The translations under genes and the position numbers were made by a program. This document shows, piece after piece, positions 11,648 to 22,817 of a stretch of 64,000 nt of DNA (the first letter of the stretch is position 1; each line of letters begins with the position of its first letter). This DNA comes from an uncultured Rhodobacteraceae bacterium (GTDB lineage Bacteria > Pseudomonadota > Alphaproteobacteria > Rhodobacterales > Rhodobacteraceae): positions 78,279 to 142,278 of the forward strand of contig CALMSR010000040.1 of assembly GCA_937872465.1 (NCBI GenBank), read 5' to 3'. Under the pieces are notes generated by a model. It made no database searches. It worked only from the letters and a program-made list of their open reading frames with translations, and was not told where the DNA came from.

Positions 11648-12460
11648 TCAGCGGAGCGCGTTCTCACGCAAATCGAACTGCTTGTATGAGATCGGCACAG
11701 CGAACCTCTCCTGCAGGATGCGCAAGTACCGACCTGCGACCTCCGTCAGCGGAAGGTGAGACACGATGATGAGCTCGTCCGCCCGCTCCTCCGAAGGCCA
11801 GAAAGCGTACTCAAGGAGCTGTGGGAGTGCCTGACGGATGTTCGTCCTGACCGCGGCGTTTGTCTTGATTTCATAAAAGATGGTCTTGCCACTGTCCCGC
11901 GTGACCAAATCAATAAGTGTCCCGCTACCCGTGGACTGTTCTGTCCCAACGCTCTTCGCGCCAAGTTTGGCCTTGAGGTATTTGTAGAGCTTGTTCTGAA
12001 TCTCGTTGTGTAGGCGGTCCGCAATGGATTCAGGCGATGCGGACCTCTCGATCGGATCCACGGCGCGCTCTGTATGCCCCGGCTTGAATTGGAACTTGCT
12101 GGTGGCGGCACCTTCAGCGCAATCGTGGAAGAACTGCAGATCCTTCGTGTATGGTGCGTCCAATGCTTTCAGAATGGAGATTAACTGCTTCGGCTCAGTA
12201 ATTTGCCATGCCTGACCGTGCTTGTTGCGTATCGTTGAAGGGCCTGCCAAACGCTCTAGCGACGGTACAAGCGACTTCGGCGGCCCTAGTTGGAATCGGT
12301 CCAGATGCGGCGCGAGCCAAATCATTCCATTAGAAACTCCTTCCTTGATGATGCTATACTCTTTGCGTACGTAATCTTTTGGGCTCTTGTGTAATCTCAA
12401 AGTCGAAAAACGCTTAAGAACTTCTTCAAGTTCCGTCTCTAGCCACGCGCTGTAATCCAT
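11648..12460 (-). CDS. Orphan PD-(D/E)xK superfamily nuclease (restriction-endonuclease-like), lower GC than flanks
   Basis: C-terminal LHNEIQNKL...GTEQ...IDLVTRDSGKTIFYEIKT...RQALPQLLEYAF gives a D...ExK core plus a QxxxY motif. Start MDYSAWLET at 12460. Visibly AT-richer codons. Confidence 0.75.
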   Translation of the reverse strand: MDYSAWLETELEEVLKRFSTLRLHKSPKDYVRKEYSIIKEGVSNGMIWLAPHLDRFQLGPPKSLVPSLERLAGPSTIRNKHGQAWQITEPKQLISILKALDAPYTKDLQFFHDCAEGAATSKFQFKPGHTERAVDPIERSASPESIADRLHNEIQNKLYKYLKAKLGAKSVGTEQSTGSGTLIDLVTRDSGKTIFYEIKTNAAVRTNIRQALPQLLEYAFWPSEERADELIIVSHLPLTEVAGRYLRILQERFAVPISYKQFDLRENALR

Positions 12461-12462
12461 AA

Positions 12463-12645
12463 CTACCTCGCGAACTTCTTGTACTTGATCCGCTTCGGCT
12501 CCACCGCATCGGGGCCGAGGCGGCGGATCTTGTCGGCCTCGTAGTCCTCGAAGTTGCCTTCGAACCACTCGACGTGGCCCTCGCCCTCGAAGGCGAGCAT
12601 GTGGGTGCAGATGCGGTCGAGGAAGAAGCGGTCGTGGCTGATCAC
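12463..12645 (-). repeat. Diverged copy of the ettA 3' end (last 60 codons plus stop)
   Basis: Colinear with 13180-13362. Manual alignment gives 11 mismatches in 183 bp: 9 synonymous or stop-codon changes and 2 conservative (A>G, D>E). Confidence 0.95.
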
Positions 12646-12659
12646 TGCGACTAACCCCG

Positions 12660-12884
12660 TCACTCCAGCCGCTCCGCGATCCACATCTTGATCAGCGCCT
12701 GGCGGGTGATGCCGAGGTGGGCGGCGCGGGCGTCGAGGCCCTCGACCATCCAGGCGGGAAAGTCGACGTTCACGCGGCGGGCGGCGAGGCCGGGGCGGGT
12801 GGCGCGGTCGAAGTCGAGGTGGGGGGCGATATCCTCGCCGGCGTCGAACGCGCGGTCGAATTCCTCAGCGGAAACCTTCTTCAT
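12660..12884 (-). CDS. Type II antitoxin, BrnA/CopG (ribbon-helix-helix) type
   Basis: EEFDRAFDAGEDI...RRVNVDFPAWMVEGLDARAAHLGITRQALIKMWIAERL; overlaps the toxin gene. Confidence 0.85.
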   Translation of the reverse strand: MKKVSAEEFDRAFDAGEDIAPHLDFDRATRPGLAARRVNVDFPAWMVEGLDARAAHLGITRQALIKMWIAERLE

Positions 12885-13131
12885 AGCGGGCCACCTCCTC
12901 CTTGCGGGCCCGGCGGGCGGAGATCAGTCGGAGGCGGTCGTCGCGCCGGGTGAAGACGACCGTCCAGTGCCGGGCGCCGATCCTGCCGATGAGCACCCAC
13001 CGCGCCTCGCCGCGGGTGCGGGCCGGAACCTCGAGGCAGCGCGGATCCGACCAGACGGCCTGCGCCTCCTCGAAATCGAGGCCGTGCTTCTCCAGGTTGG
13101 CGGCGCTCTTGGCCGGATCGAACTCGAACAC
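12865..13131 (-). CDS. brnT: BrnT family toxin (DUF497 ribonuclease)
   Basis: FEFDPAKSAANLEKHGLDFEEA...RWVLIG...VVFTRRDDRLRLISARRARKEE. Confidence 0.9.
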   Translation of the reverse strand: MFEFDPAKSAANLEKHGLDFEEAQAVWSDPRCLEVPARTRGEARWVLIGRIGARHWTVVFTRRDDRLRLISARRARKEEVARYEEGFR

Positions 13132-13134
13132 TGC

Positions 13135-13163
13135 AATATGGTATGCGGCCGGGGTCGGCGCAA
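13135..13163 (-). promoter_or_regulatory. Sigma70-type promoter of the TA operon, probably leaderless
   Basis: Minus strand TTGCGC-N17-CATATT ending 3 nt before the GTG start. Confidence 0.5.
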
Positions 13164-13179
13164 TATCTTTTCTATACCA

Positions 13180-14835
<1,656 letters not shown>

Positions 14836-14902
14836 GGGATCGTCCTTCGGGGATGCGAGAAATCGCCCTTCACCTACGGGCAGGGGAGGCGCTCCGCAAG
14901 GC

Positions 14903-15538
14903 TCAGGAGGCCAGTCCGGGGAAGAGCGCGCTCAGGCCCTCGACGGTCATCTGCACGGCAATGGCCAGAAGGATCATGCCCATGATCCGGGTCATGATGA
15001 CGCGGAGGGTCTCGGAAAGATGCCGGCCGATGTTGCTGGCATAGCGCAGGGCGACAGCGAGCAGGAGGACCACGGCGACGACGACGAGCGCGTAGCCGAT
15101 GTAGTGCCGCGGGGAATCGGCCTGGTGCAGGAAGACCAGGAGCGCGCTCATGGTGCCGGGGCCGACCAGGATCGGAAAGGCCATCGGGTAGAAGGCGACG
15201 TTCTGCACCTGCGCCTGCTGGAGGCGCTCGTCGGAGGTGCCGCTGTGCGATGTACTATGCTCGCCGTTCAGCATGTTCCAGCCGATGCCGGCGAGCACGA
15301 TGCCGCCGGCAGTGCGGAAGGAATTGATGTCGATTCCGAACAGGTCGAGGATCTGCTGGCCGAGCAGCACGACGACGAGGCAGAGCACCGCGACATTCAG
15401 CACCACCTGGCGGGCGACCCGGCGCTGCCCGGCCGGGTCGAGGCCGCTGGTGAGGCTGAGGAAGATCGGCAGGTTGGTCAGCGGGTTCATGATCGCGAAG
15501 AGCGCCCCGAAGAACTTGATCGCGAATAGCTGGTCCAT
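14903..15538 (-). CDS. MarC family membrane protein
   Basis: FAIMNPLTNLPIF, VAFYPMAFPILVGPG, TRIMGMILLAIAVQ. Confidence 0.9.
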   Translation of the reverse strand: MDQLFAIKFFGALFAIMNPLTNLPIFLSLTSGLDPAGQRRVARQVVLNVAVLCLVVVLLGQQILDLFGIDINSFRTAGGIVLAGIGWNMLNGEHSTSHSGTSDERLQQAQVQNVAFYPMAFPILVGPGTMSALLVFLHQADSPRHYIGYALVVVAVVLLLAVALRYASNIGRHLSETLRVIMTRIMGMILLAIAVQMTVEGLSALFPGLAS

Positions 15539-15639
15539 GGCTGTCCCTCACGGCCGGGCGTGACACATTCCCCTTCACGCCGACCGTCATACCCGGGGCG
15601 GGAGGGGGCGTGCAATGCAACGCGGCGGGTGAGCCGAGG

Positions 15640-16572
15640 TCAGTTCGCCGCCGAGGCCAGCACGACGGGATAGATGCCGACGCAGCGGTTGAGCGGCTCG
15701 GAGATCCCGTCGGAGGTGGCGACGGGGGCCATTTCGGGGGTCTCGCCCATGGGGTCGATCTCGATGCGCTCGCGCGGCAGGCCGGCGTCGATCAGCACCT
15801 GCGCCACCGCCTCGGCGCGCGCCTCCGAGAGCCGGCGGTTCGCATCCGGGTTGCCGACGCGGTCGGTGTGGCCGGCGATGCGGATCCGGTCGAGGTTCAT
15901 GGCGGCGAGGGTGCGGGCGGCGGCGACGGCGCGTTCCTCGCCGCCGGGGGTGAGCTTTGCGCTGGCGACCTCGAAATGCACCTCCGTCAGCGGGCGGTCG
16001 GCGGGCACCGGCGGCGGCGCGTCGGGCTCGGCCTTGGCCGCGGCGAGCTCCTGCTCGAAGAGCGCGATGCCGCCGGCGAGCGTGGCGGGCATCGCGGCGG
16101 GCGTCACCGGCAGGCCGGGCTGTGCCTCCGCCCCGTCGGGCGCGACCAGCGCCACGAGTTCGGCCTTTGCATCAGGTTCGTCCTGCAAGAAGCTGAGACG
16201 GTTGCGAAGTTCCTCGATTGTGGCATCGCGTTCGCTGACCGTCGCGGTCAGTTTCTCGATGGTCGCGTCGCGCTCGCCGACCGTCGCGGTCAGGGTCTCG
16301 ACCGCGGCTTCGGCGCGCTCGACGGCGGCGGTGATGGTCTCGAGCGCCGCGTCGCGCTCGGCGAGCATCGCGGTCAATTCCTCGATGCTGACGGTGCCTT
16401 CGGCGCCGGCCGGCAGCGCGTCCTCTTCGGGGGCGGCGGGGTTTTCCGAGGGGGCGGCCGCGATCGGGGGGCCGGTTTGGGGCCCCGCGGGCGGGCCGCC
16501 GCGCAGTACGTCCCCGGCGACGACCGCCGCACCGGCAAGCAGGCTCGCGATGGCTACTTGTTTTGCGCGCAT
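15640..16572 (-). CDS. OmpA/MotB C-terminal domain protein with N-terminal anchor and coiled-coil repeats
   Basis: VHFEVASAKL...IAGHTDRVG...NRRLSEARAEAV...LNRCV; internal (L/I)TATV.ERDATIE.L repeats. Confidence 0.85.
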   Translation of the reverse strand: MRAKQVAIASLLAGAAVVAGDVLRGGPPAGPQTGPPIAAAPSENPAAPEEDALPAGAEGTVSIEELTAMLAERDAALETITAAVERAEAAVETLTATVGERDATIEKLTATVSERDATIEELRNRLSFLQDEPDAKAELVALVAPDGAEAQPGLPVTPAAMPATLAGGIALFEQELAAAKAEPDAPPPVPADRPLTEVHFEVASAKLTPGGEERAVAAARTLAAMNLDRIRIAGHTDRVGNPDANRRLSEARAEAVAQVLIDAGLPRERIEIDPMGETPEMAPVATSDGISEPLNRCVGIYPVVLASAAN

Positions 16573-16616
16573 GAACCGTCCTTCCGGACTAAGGCGACCG
16601 CAGCCGGGACAAATCG

Positions 16617-16631
16617 TTAACAAAAGGTTAA
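16617..16631 (-). promoter_or_regulatory. CtrA binding box
   Basis: Minus strand TTAA-CCTTTTG-TTAAC, ~45 bp upstream of the OmpA-domain gene start (16572). Confidence 0.75.
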
Positions 16632-16797
16632 TACTTTCGCGGCCGCGCGAGCAAGCGATTTGCAGTGTCCCGGCGCGATGCTGGCTTTCGTGCAACACTG
16701 TTCTTCGCCGGCCCCGGGTTGCCCGCCGCCCGCGCCCGACCGGGAACGGGAGCCGGGCGGGGGCATGGATTGACAGCGTCGGCGCCCTGCCTTCCGA

Positions 16798-17433
16798 ATG
16801 CCATGGTCCCGTCCCGAGGAGATCGCCTGCGTGCTTCCGTCCGGCCCCGTCGCCCTGCCCGGCCAGCGCATCGGCCTGCTCGGCGGCTCGTTTGACCCGC
16901 CCCATGCCGGCCATGTCCATGTCACGCGCTGGGCGCTCCGGGCCTTCCGGCTGGACCGCGTCTGGTGGCTGGTGAGCCCGGGCAATCCGCTGAAGCCGAC
17001 CGCCCCCGCCGAGATGGGCCGCCGGATCGCGGCGGCGCGGGAGATCGTGACGCATCCGCGTGTCGCGGTGACCGCCATCGAGGCGCGGCTGGGAACGCGC
17101 TACACCGCCGAGACGCTGGCCGCGCTCGGCATGCGCTATCGCGGGGTCCATTTCGTCTGGCTGATGGGCGCCGACAATCTCGCCGGGTTCCACCGCTGGG
17201 ACCGCTGGGACGAGATCATGGCGCGTGTCCCGGTCGGCGTGCTGGCGCGGCCGGGCGAGCAGTTGCGCGCCGGCCTCTCGCCGGCGGCGCGGCGCTACGG
17301 CCGCTGGCGGCTGCCGGCGGCGCAGGCGGGCGGGCTGGCGCTCGCCGATCCGCCCTGCTGGACCCTGCTCACCGGGCGGATGCTGGATCTCTCGTCGAGC
17401 GAATTGCGCGCGCTCGGCTCCTGGCGGCGATAG
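16798..17433 (+). CDS. nadD: Nicotinate-nucleotide adenylyltransferase
   Basis: [43 protein letters not shown]. True start may be GTG at 16831. Confidence 0.92.
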   Translation: MPWSRPEEIACVLPSGPVALPGQRIGLLGGSFDPPHAGHVHVTRWALRAFRLDRVWWLVSPGNPLKPTAPAEMGRRIAAAREIVTHPRVAVTAIEARLGTRYTAETLAALGMRYRGVHFVWLMGADNLAGFHRWDRWDEIMARVPVGVLARPGEQLRAGLSPAARRYGRWRLPAAQAGGLALADPPCWTLLTGRMLDLSSSELRALGSWRR

Positions 17434-17559
17434 CCGGGCCGGGGGCCGGCGATGCGGCGTGCCGGATCGGGGTTGGTCGCTACGGACCGGCGCCGGGACC
17501 TCCGCGGCGGCACCACGGGTCTCGCCCGTGCTTCCCGAAGGGCTCGCCTGGAGCCGGCA

Positions 17560-18003
17560 TCAATTGTCCCTGGGCAGGCGGCGGTGGCGGGCGGCGCTGC
17601 CGCGCTCGATCGCCGCGGCGTGGAGCCGGTCGATCCCGAGCTCGTGGCGCAGCTCGAGCAGGAACTGCAGCTCCGCCTGGAAGGCGTGGCCGTCGGCGGC
17701 GGCCACGTCGCAGGCCAGCGCATAGGCGGTCTCGGCGATCGCCTCGGGCAGCGCGTCGCGCACGAGACCGAAGAGCGCGTCGAGCCCGTCCTCCTCGGTG
17801 AAGAGGTCGAAGACCGTCTGGCTGACGGTGCGCACCCGGTCGAGGTCGTAGCCCTCGAAGACCGGCAGCGTGTCGACCATGCGGCTGATCGAGAGCAGCT
17901 CGCGCGTGGTGATGTTCTCGTCGGAGGCGGAGACCGCCACCATGACCGCGATCAGCGCATCCTGGGTCGAGAACGAGGCCGGCGTGTATTCGGAGGCGGG
18001 CAT
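17560..18003 (-). CDS. TerB-like (tellurite resistance B family) protein
   Basis: QDALIAVMVAVSASDENI...ETAYALACDVAAADG...LHAAAIERG; divergent from lysS. Confidence 0.8.
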   Translation of the reverse strand: MPASEYTPASFSTQDALIAVMVAVSASDENITTRELLSISRMVDTLPVFEGYDLDRVRTVSQTVFDLFTEEDGLDALFGLVRDALPEAIAETAYALACDVAAADGHAFQAELQFLLELRHELGIDRLHAAAIERGSAARHRRLPRDN

Positions 18004-18117
18004 GGGATGGTCCTGACTGGCCGGGGGCGCTTGCCATGGTTGTATTGACCGGCAGGCGGTCGGGCAATAGGAAGCGGGCCGTCGGGGCGGCCGGCACGGG
18101 CGGGGGGCGGATTCGCC

Positions 18118-19716
18118 ATGGACGAGACGCGGAGCGCGGCGCGGGAGGCCAGGGCCTGGCCCTTCGAGGAAGCCCGGCGGCTGGTCCGGCGCTATGCGGA
18201 GGCGCCGCCGGAGAAGGGCTACGTGCTCTTCGAGACCGGCTACGGGCCTTCGGGCCTGCCGCATATCGGCACCTTCGGCGAGGTGGCGCGCACGACCATG
18301 GTGCGGCGCGCCTTCGAGGCGCTGTCGGACATCCCCACGCGGCTGATCTGCTTCTCCGACGACATGGACGGGCTCCGGAAGGTTCCCGGCAACGTGCCGA
18401 TGCAGGAGGCGCTGAAGGCCGACCTGAACCTGCCGCTGACGCGGGTGCGCGACCCCTTCGGCACCCATGCGAGCTTCGGCGCCCACAACAACGCGCGGCT
18501 CTGCGCCTTCCTCGACGCCTTCGGCTTCGACTACGAATTCGCCAGCGCCACCGAATATTATCGCGCGGGCCGTTTCGACGCGATGCTGCTGCGGGTGCTG
18601 GAGCGCTTCGACGCGGTGATGGAGATCATGCTGCCGAGCCTCGGGGCGGACCGCCAGGCCACCTATTCGCCCTTCATGCCGATCAGCCCCAGGACCGGCC
18701 ATGTGCTCCAGGTGCCGACGCTCGAGCGCCATGTGGAGCGGGGCACCATCGTCTATGCCGAGCCCGACGGGGAGCGGGTCGAGGTGCCGGTGACCGGCGG
18801 CCATGTCAAGCTGCAGTGGAAGCCCGACTGGGCGATGCGCTGGGCCGCGCTCGGGGTCGATTACGAGATGTTCGGCAAGGACCTGATCCCGAGCGCGGAG
18901 CTCGGGGCACGGATCTGCCGCGCGCTCGGCTGCCCGCCGCCGGAGCTCTTCAACTACGAGCATTTCAACGACGAGAAGGGCCAGAAGATCTCCAAGTCCA
19001 GGGGCAACGGCCTGTCGATGGAGGAATGGCTCACCTATGCCAGTCCCGAGAGCCTGAGCCTCTTCATGTATGCCAAGCCGAAGACGGCGAAGCGGCTGCA
19101 TTTCGACGTGATCCCCAAGGCGATGGACGAGTATCACCAGCATCTGCGGGCGTTCCCGGGCCAGGATGCCGCCCAGCGGCTGGCCAATCCCGTCTGGCAC
19201 ATCCATCAGGGCGCGGCGCCCGCCTCCGACATGGTGGTGCCCTATTCGATGCTGCTCAATCTCGCGAGCGCGGCGAATGCCCATGACGAGAACGCGCTCT
19301 GGGGATTCATCCGCCGCTATGCCCCCGAGGCCGGGCCGGAGACCCATCCGGGGCTCGACGCCGCCGCCGGCTACGCGCTGCGGTATTTCGAGGATTTCGT
19401 GCGCCCGGCCAAGACCTACCGTCTCGCCGACGCGCGCGAGCGCGCGGCGCTCGGGGATCTGCGCGACCGGCTGGCGGCCTGGTCCGGGCCGGCCGATCCG
19501 GAGGCCTTGCAGGCGATGGTCTTCGCGGTGGGCAAGGAGCATGGCTTCGAGCCGCTGCGCGCCTGGTTCGCCGCGCTCTACGAGGTGCTGCTCGGCGAGG
19601 CCCAGGGGCCGCGGTTCGGCGGCTTCATCGCGCTCTTCGGCATTCCCGAGACCATCGCGCTGATCGATGCGGCGCTGGCGGGAAGCCTGGTGGCGGGGGC
19701 CGCGCCGGGCGGCTGA
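18118..19716 (+). CDS. lysS: Class I lysyl-tRNA synthetase
   Basis: [43 protein letters not shown]. Confidence 0.97.
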   Translation: MDETRSAAREARAWPFEEARRLVRRYAEAPPEKGYVLFETGYGPSGLPHIGTFGEVARTTMVRRAFEALSDIPTRLICFSDDMDGLRKVPGNVPMQEALKADLNLPLTRVRDPFGTHASFGAHNNARLCAFLDAFGFDYEFASATEYYRAGRFDAMLLRVLERFDAVMEIMLPSLGADRQATYSPFMPISPRTGHVLQVPTLERHVERGTIVYAEPDGERVEVPVTGGHVKLQWKPDWAMRWAALGVDYEMFGKDLIPSAELGARICRALGCPPPELFNYEHFNDEKGQKISKSRGNGLSMEEWLTYASPESLSLFMYAKPKTAKRLHFDVIPKAMDEYHQHLRAFPGQDAAQRLANPVWHIHQGAAPASDMVVPYSMLLNLASAANAHDENALWGFIRRYAPEAGPETHPGLDAAAGYALRYFEDFVRPAKTYRLADARERAALGDLRDRLAAWSGPADPEALQAMVFAVGKEHGFEPLRAWFAALYEVLLGEAQGPRFGGFIALFGIPETIALIDAALAGSLVAGAAPGG

Positions 19717-19731
19717 CGCGCCCCGGAATGG

Positions 19732-19747
19732 TTAACGATCCGTTAAC
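19732..19747 (+). promoter_or_regulatory. CtrA binding box
   Basis: TTAA-CGATCCG-TTAAC, ~45 bp upstream of ATG 19792. Confidence 0.75.
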
Positions 19748-19791
19748 CCCCGGCTGCTATGGGCGGAAAACCGCCGCAGCAAGGACGCGCC

Positions 19792-20382
19792 ATGAAGACC
19801 GAGCCGGACGAGGATCCCGACCTGATGCCCCCCGCCTTCGCCGAGGGGCTGGACGACTGGGCGCGCGGCGACGGCACGCCCGAGAGCCCGACCTACGACC
19901 GGATCGATTCCGCGCGCATCGCGCTGAACGACCGCGATTTCGGCGCCTGCATGGAGCTGCGCAAGACCGAGTCCCTGCAGCGGCTGCGCTACATGGGCGA
20001 ATTGCCGATCCGTCTGGGGAGCTATGTCGAGATCTCCGCGCGCATCAAGGCGCTGCGCGGGCCGCTGCCCATGGTCCGGATCGCGACCTGGCCCGGCGGG
20101 GCCGGGGGCCAGGGCATCGCCGATCTCCCGTCCACGGGGCCTTTGCTGCGCATCGAGGCGCATGAGGTGCCGGTCGGGCTGCGCCTGGTGATCGGCCCCG
20201 AGGCCGGGCCGGGGGTGGATCTGGTCTGGGACGAGCGCGCGCTCTATGCCCATGTCGGGCTCGACCTGGTCGGCCCCGACGGGGGCGTCGTCCGCATCGG
20301 GGACATCGCCGTGCGCGACGTGACCCGCGGCCATGGTCCCGGTCACCGCGCGCTGCCGGGCTTCGCCCCCGCCCCGATCTGA
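19792..20382 (+). CDS. Stand-alone domain resembling the N-terminal module of large Rhodobacteraceae GH28-related/beta-helix proteins
   Basis: LMPPAFAEGL..W.RGDGTP...DFGACMEL.KT...LRYMGE.P...GVDLVW...Y.HVGLDL.GP.GGVVRI.DI...DVT. Recognised from memory; AAGGA RBS. Confidence 0.55.
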   Translation: MKTEPDEDPDLMPPAFAEGLDDWARGDGTPESPTYDRIDSARIALNDRDFGACMELRKTESLQRLRYMGELPIRLGSYVEISARIKALRGPLPMVRIATWPGGAGGQGIADLPSTGPLLRIEAHEVPVGLRLVIGPEAGPGVDLVWDERALYAHVGLDLVGPDGGVVRIGDIAVRDVTRGHGPGHRALPGFAPAPI

Positions 20383-20389
20383 GCGCGGG

Positions 20390-21268
20390 TCAGTCCGGGT
20401 CCTCGGGAACCGCTTCGGCGAACCAGTCGAGCGCCAGCGCCGCCCAACCCGGCGGCACGGAATGGCCGCCAGCATGGAGCGCCAGCTGCAGCGCCGAGCC
20501 CGGCGTGCAGCGCGTCCACCAGCGCCGCCAGAACGGGCCGTCGGTGTCGTAGGCGTCGGCGCGCAGCCCGGTGCAGCCATTGGCGTCGCGCAGGATCTCC
20601 AGCCCGTGGAACAGGTCGCCCTGCAGGATCGCGCCGCCGCGCAGGGGGCGTCCCTCGAGCGGCACGGTCTCGTCGCGCCAGCCGTGGGTATGCAGCAGCC
20701 GCACCGGGCCGGCGCAGGCGCCCATTTCCGGATGCGGCCGCCAGAAGGCGCCGGCGACCGGGGCATAGGCGGCCGCGAGCCCGGGATCGGCGCAGGCGAG
20801 ATACCAGACGAGCGAGCCGCCGACGGAGAAGCCCGAGAGCAGGACGCGGTCGCGGTCGATGTCGAAGCGCCGGGCCGCATCGGCGAGGATCTCGCGGGTG
20901 AAGGCCGCCTCGTCGCGCTGCCGGGGCCGCGAGGGATGGAAGGACCAGCCGGGGCCGAAACTCGAGCCCGGCCGCACCAGCCCGTCGGGCGCGATGACGG
21001 CCCATCCCCGCGCGAGGAATTCCGCAACCATGGCGCCGTTGCGCAGCGTTGCCGCCCCCGACCCGCCGGCGCCGTGGAAGAAGACGAGCGCCGGGAACCC
21101 GTCCGTGGACGGCGCGCCGCCGGGAAGCGCGACGCGATAGGTCCCGAGCGGAACCGCGCAGGCGGGGCCCCCGACACCGCAGACGGGCTGCGCCGGCGCG
21201 CGCCCGGCGCCCGCCAGGGCGATGGCGAGGGCGAGCGGGACGGCGGCGAAGGCAAGGCGAAGGACCAT
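20390..21268 (-). CDS. Secreted PHB-depolymerase/LpqC-like alpha/beta esterase
   Basis: Signal peptide, FFHGAGGS, GFSVGG nucleophile elbow, LHTHGWRD, GGH. Confidence 0.8.
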   Translation of the reverse strand: MVLRLAFAAVPLALAIALAGAGRAPAQPVCGVGGPACAVPLGTYRVALPGGAPSTDGFPALVFFHGAGGSGAATLRNGAMVAEFLARGWAVIAPDGLVRPGSSFGPGWSFHPSRPRQRDEAAFTREILADAARRFDIDRDRVLLSGFSVGGSLVWYLACADPGLAAAYAPVAGAFWRPHPEMGACAGPVRLLHTHGWRDETVPLEGRPLRGGAILQGDLFHGLEILRDANGCTGLRADAYDTDGPFWRRWWTRCTPGSALQLALHAGGHSVPPGWAALALDWFAEAVPEDPD

Positions 21269-21407
21269 GGAGCGACTCCCGGCGCACAAGGGGGGAGAGG
21301 CTGCGACGAAGCGCGCCGGCGGGTCAACCGGGCGCCGGCGAGGCGGCCGTCTCGGGACGTCTGGCAATGGCGGGGCGACCTGATACTCTGGCGCCAGGAG
21401 GTGCCCC

Positions 21408-21734
21408 ATGCCGACCATTTCACGCGACCCGAACTTTCAGACCGTCATCACCACCTTCGAGATGACCCCCGGCACCTGTCAGGATCTTCTCGATCTGCTG
21501 CGGGAGGCCTACGAGACCTACATCCGCCACCAGCCCGGCTTTCTCTCGGCCGCCCTGCACGTCAACGATGCCCAGACCCGCATCGCGAATTATTCGCAGT
21601 GGCGGCGGCGGGAGGATTTCCTCGCGATGCTGCGCTCCGAGGAGATGCGGGTGCGCAACCGCCAGATCAACACGCTCTGCCGCAGCTTCGAGCCGGTGAT
21701 GTACGAGGTCGCCGAGACCTTCGACCGGGAATAG
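21408..21734 (+). CDS. Antibiotic biosynthesis monooxygenase (ABM) family protein
   Basis: VITTFEMTPG...HQPGFLSAALH...IANYSQW. Confidence 0.8.
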   Translation: MPTISRDPNFQTVITTFEMTPGTCQDLLDLLREAYETYIRHQPGFLSAALHVNDAQTRIANYSQWRRREDFLAMLRSEEMRVRNRQINTLCRSFEPVMYEVAETFDRE

Positions 21735-21770
21735 CCGGGCGCCGGCGCGGCACGGGAGCAGGAGGCCGCG

Positions 21771-22817
21771 CTACGCCTGCACCTTCCGGTTGGCTTCGAG
21801 CCTTGCATCGACGGTCCTGACCACCTCGTCGACGGTGGCATTGCGCAGGTCCAGCCGCGCGCCGATCTGCCGGACCAGGCGGTCGACGCGCTCGATGGCG
21901 GTGGCGCCGCCGGCGATGGCGCGGGCCGCCGAGGAGGGTCTGACGAGGGCCTGGGCGGCCGCGGCGTATTTCTCGAAAGGCACCTGGTCCGCGGCCTCCG
22001 CGCCCAGACGGCGCGCCAGGGCGTCGACCCAGTCGTAGACGCCGCGCGAGACCTCCGGATCGCCGAGCACCGCATCGCGGATCGAGCGCACGCCATCGGG
22101 AAGGATGCAGCGGTAGTTGCCGGTCAGCAGCATGCTCCATTTCGCCATGGGGACGAAGAGGCTCTCGAAGACGCGGAGCTTCACCGGCACGTCCTCGCCG
22201 TCGAGGCGCACCGCCAGGATGTCGTCCTCGAGCCGACGAAGCAGGGCGGTGTGTCGCGGATCGGCGAAGACCGCCGCCTTGAAATTGGTGGCCAGGCCGA
22301 CCTGGAGCAGGTTCTTCGGCTCGTCCGGCGGCCGGAACGCCTGGGGATCGGGGCTGCAGAGCGTCACCGCGTCGGGCGGGAAGCCCTCCCAGACAGAGGC
22401 GTCGTTGTAGCAGCCGTCGAGATCGGCCACAGGCAGCCCGGGGATCCGCCGCAGATAGGGCGGCGGCGGCATGTTCATGATCGAGAGGCAGGGCCGGCCG
22501 CTCGCGGCGACCCGCGCCACCAGCTCGCGGACCGCCGGCGCCGAATATTGCGGCTCCTGCATCGCGAGGCCGACGAGGTCGTATTCCTCCGGGCGCGCGG
22601 CCTCGGGCGTCACCGCGTCCAGCCTGCCCGGCTGGCCCGCCGAGCGGATCTCGCGCAATCCGGCGCCGTCGCGGAGCGCCATGCGCAGGATCGTGCCTTC
22701 GGAATTGATCAGCTCGGCGGTCGGCGCGCGGCAGACCAGCGTGGCATCGTGGCCCGCCATCAGGAGCTTCGTGGAGAGCAGCGAGCCGTAGGACGCGCCC
22801 AGGATCAGCATCTTCAT
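21771..22817 (-). CDS. Divergent ketopantoate-reductase (PanE/ApbA)-like NAD(P)-dependent oxidoreductase
   Basis: N-terminal Rossmann variant LILGASYGSLL, DLVGLAMQEPQY, SIMN, KWSMLLTGN, C-terminal helical domain. Confidence 0.6.
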   Translation of the reverse strand: MKMLILGASYGSLLSTKLLMAGHDATLVCRAPTAELINSEGTILRMALRDGAGLREIRSAGQPGRLDAVTPEAARPEEYDLVGLAMQEPQYSAPAVRELVARVAASGRPCLSIMNMPPPPYLRRIPGLPVADLDGCYNDASVWEGFPPDAVTLCSPDPQAFRPPDEPKNLLQVGLATNFKAAVFADPRHTALLRRLEDDILAVRLDGEDVPVKLRVFESLFVPMAKWSMLLTGNYRCILPDGVRSIRDAVLGDPEVSRGVYDWVDALARRLGAEAADQVPFEKYAAAAQALVRPSSAARAIAGGATAIERVDRLVRQIGARLDLRNATVDEVVRTVDARLEANRKVQA

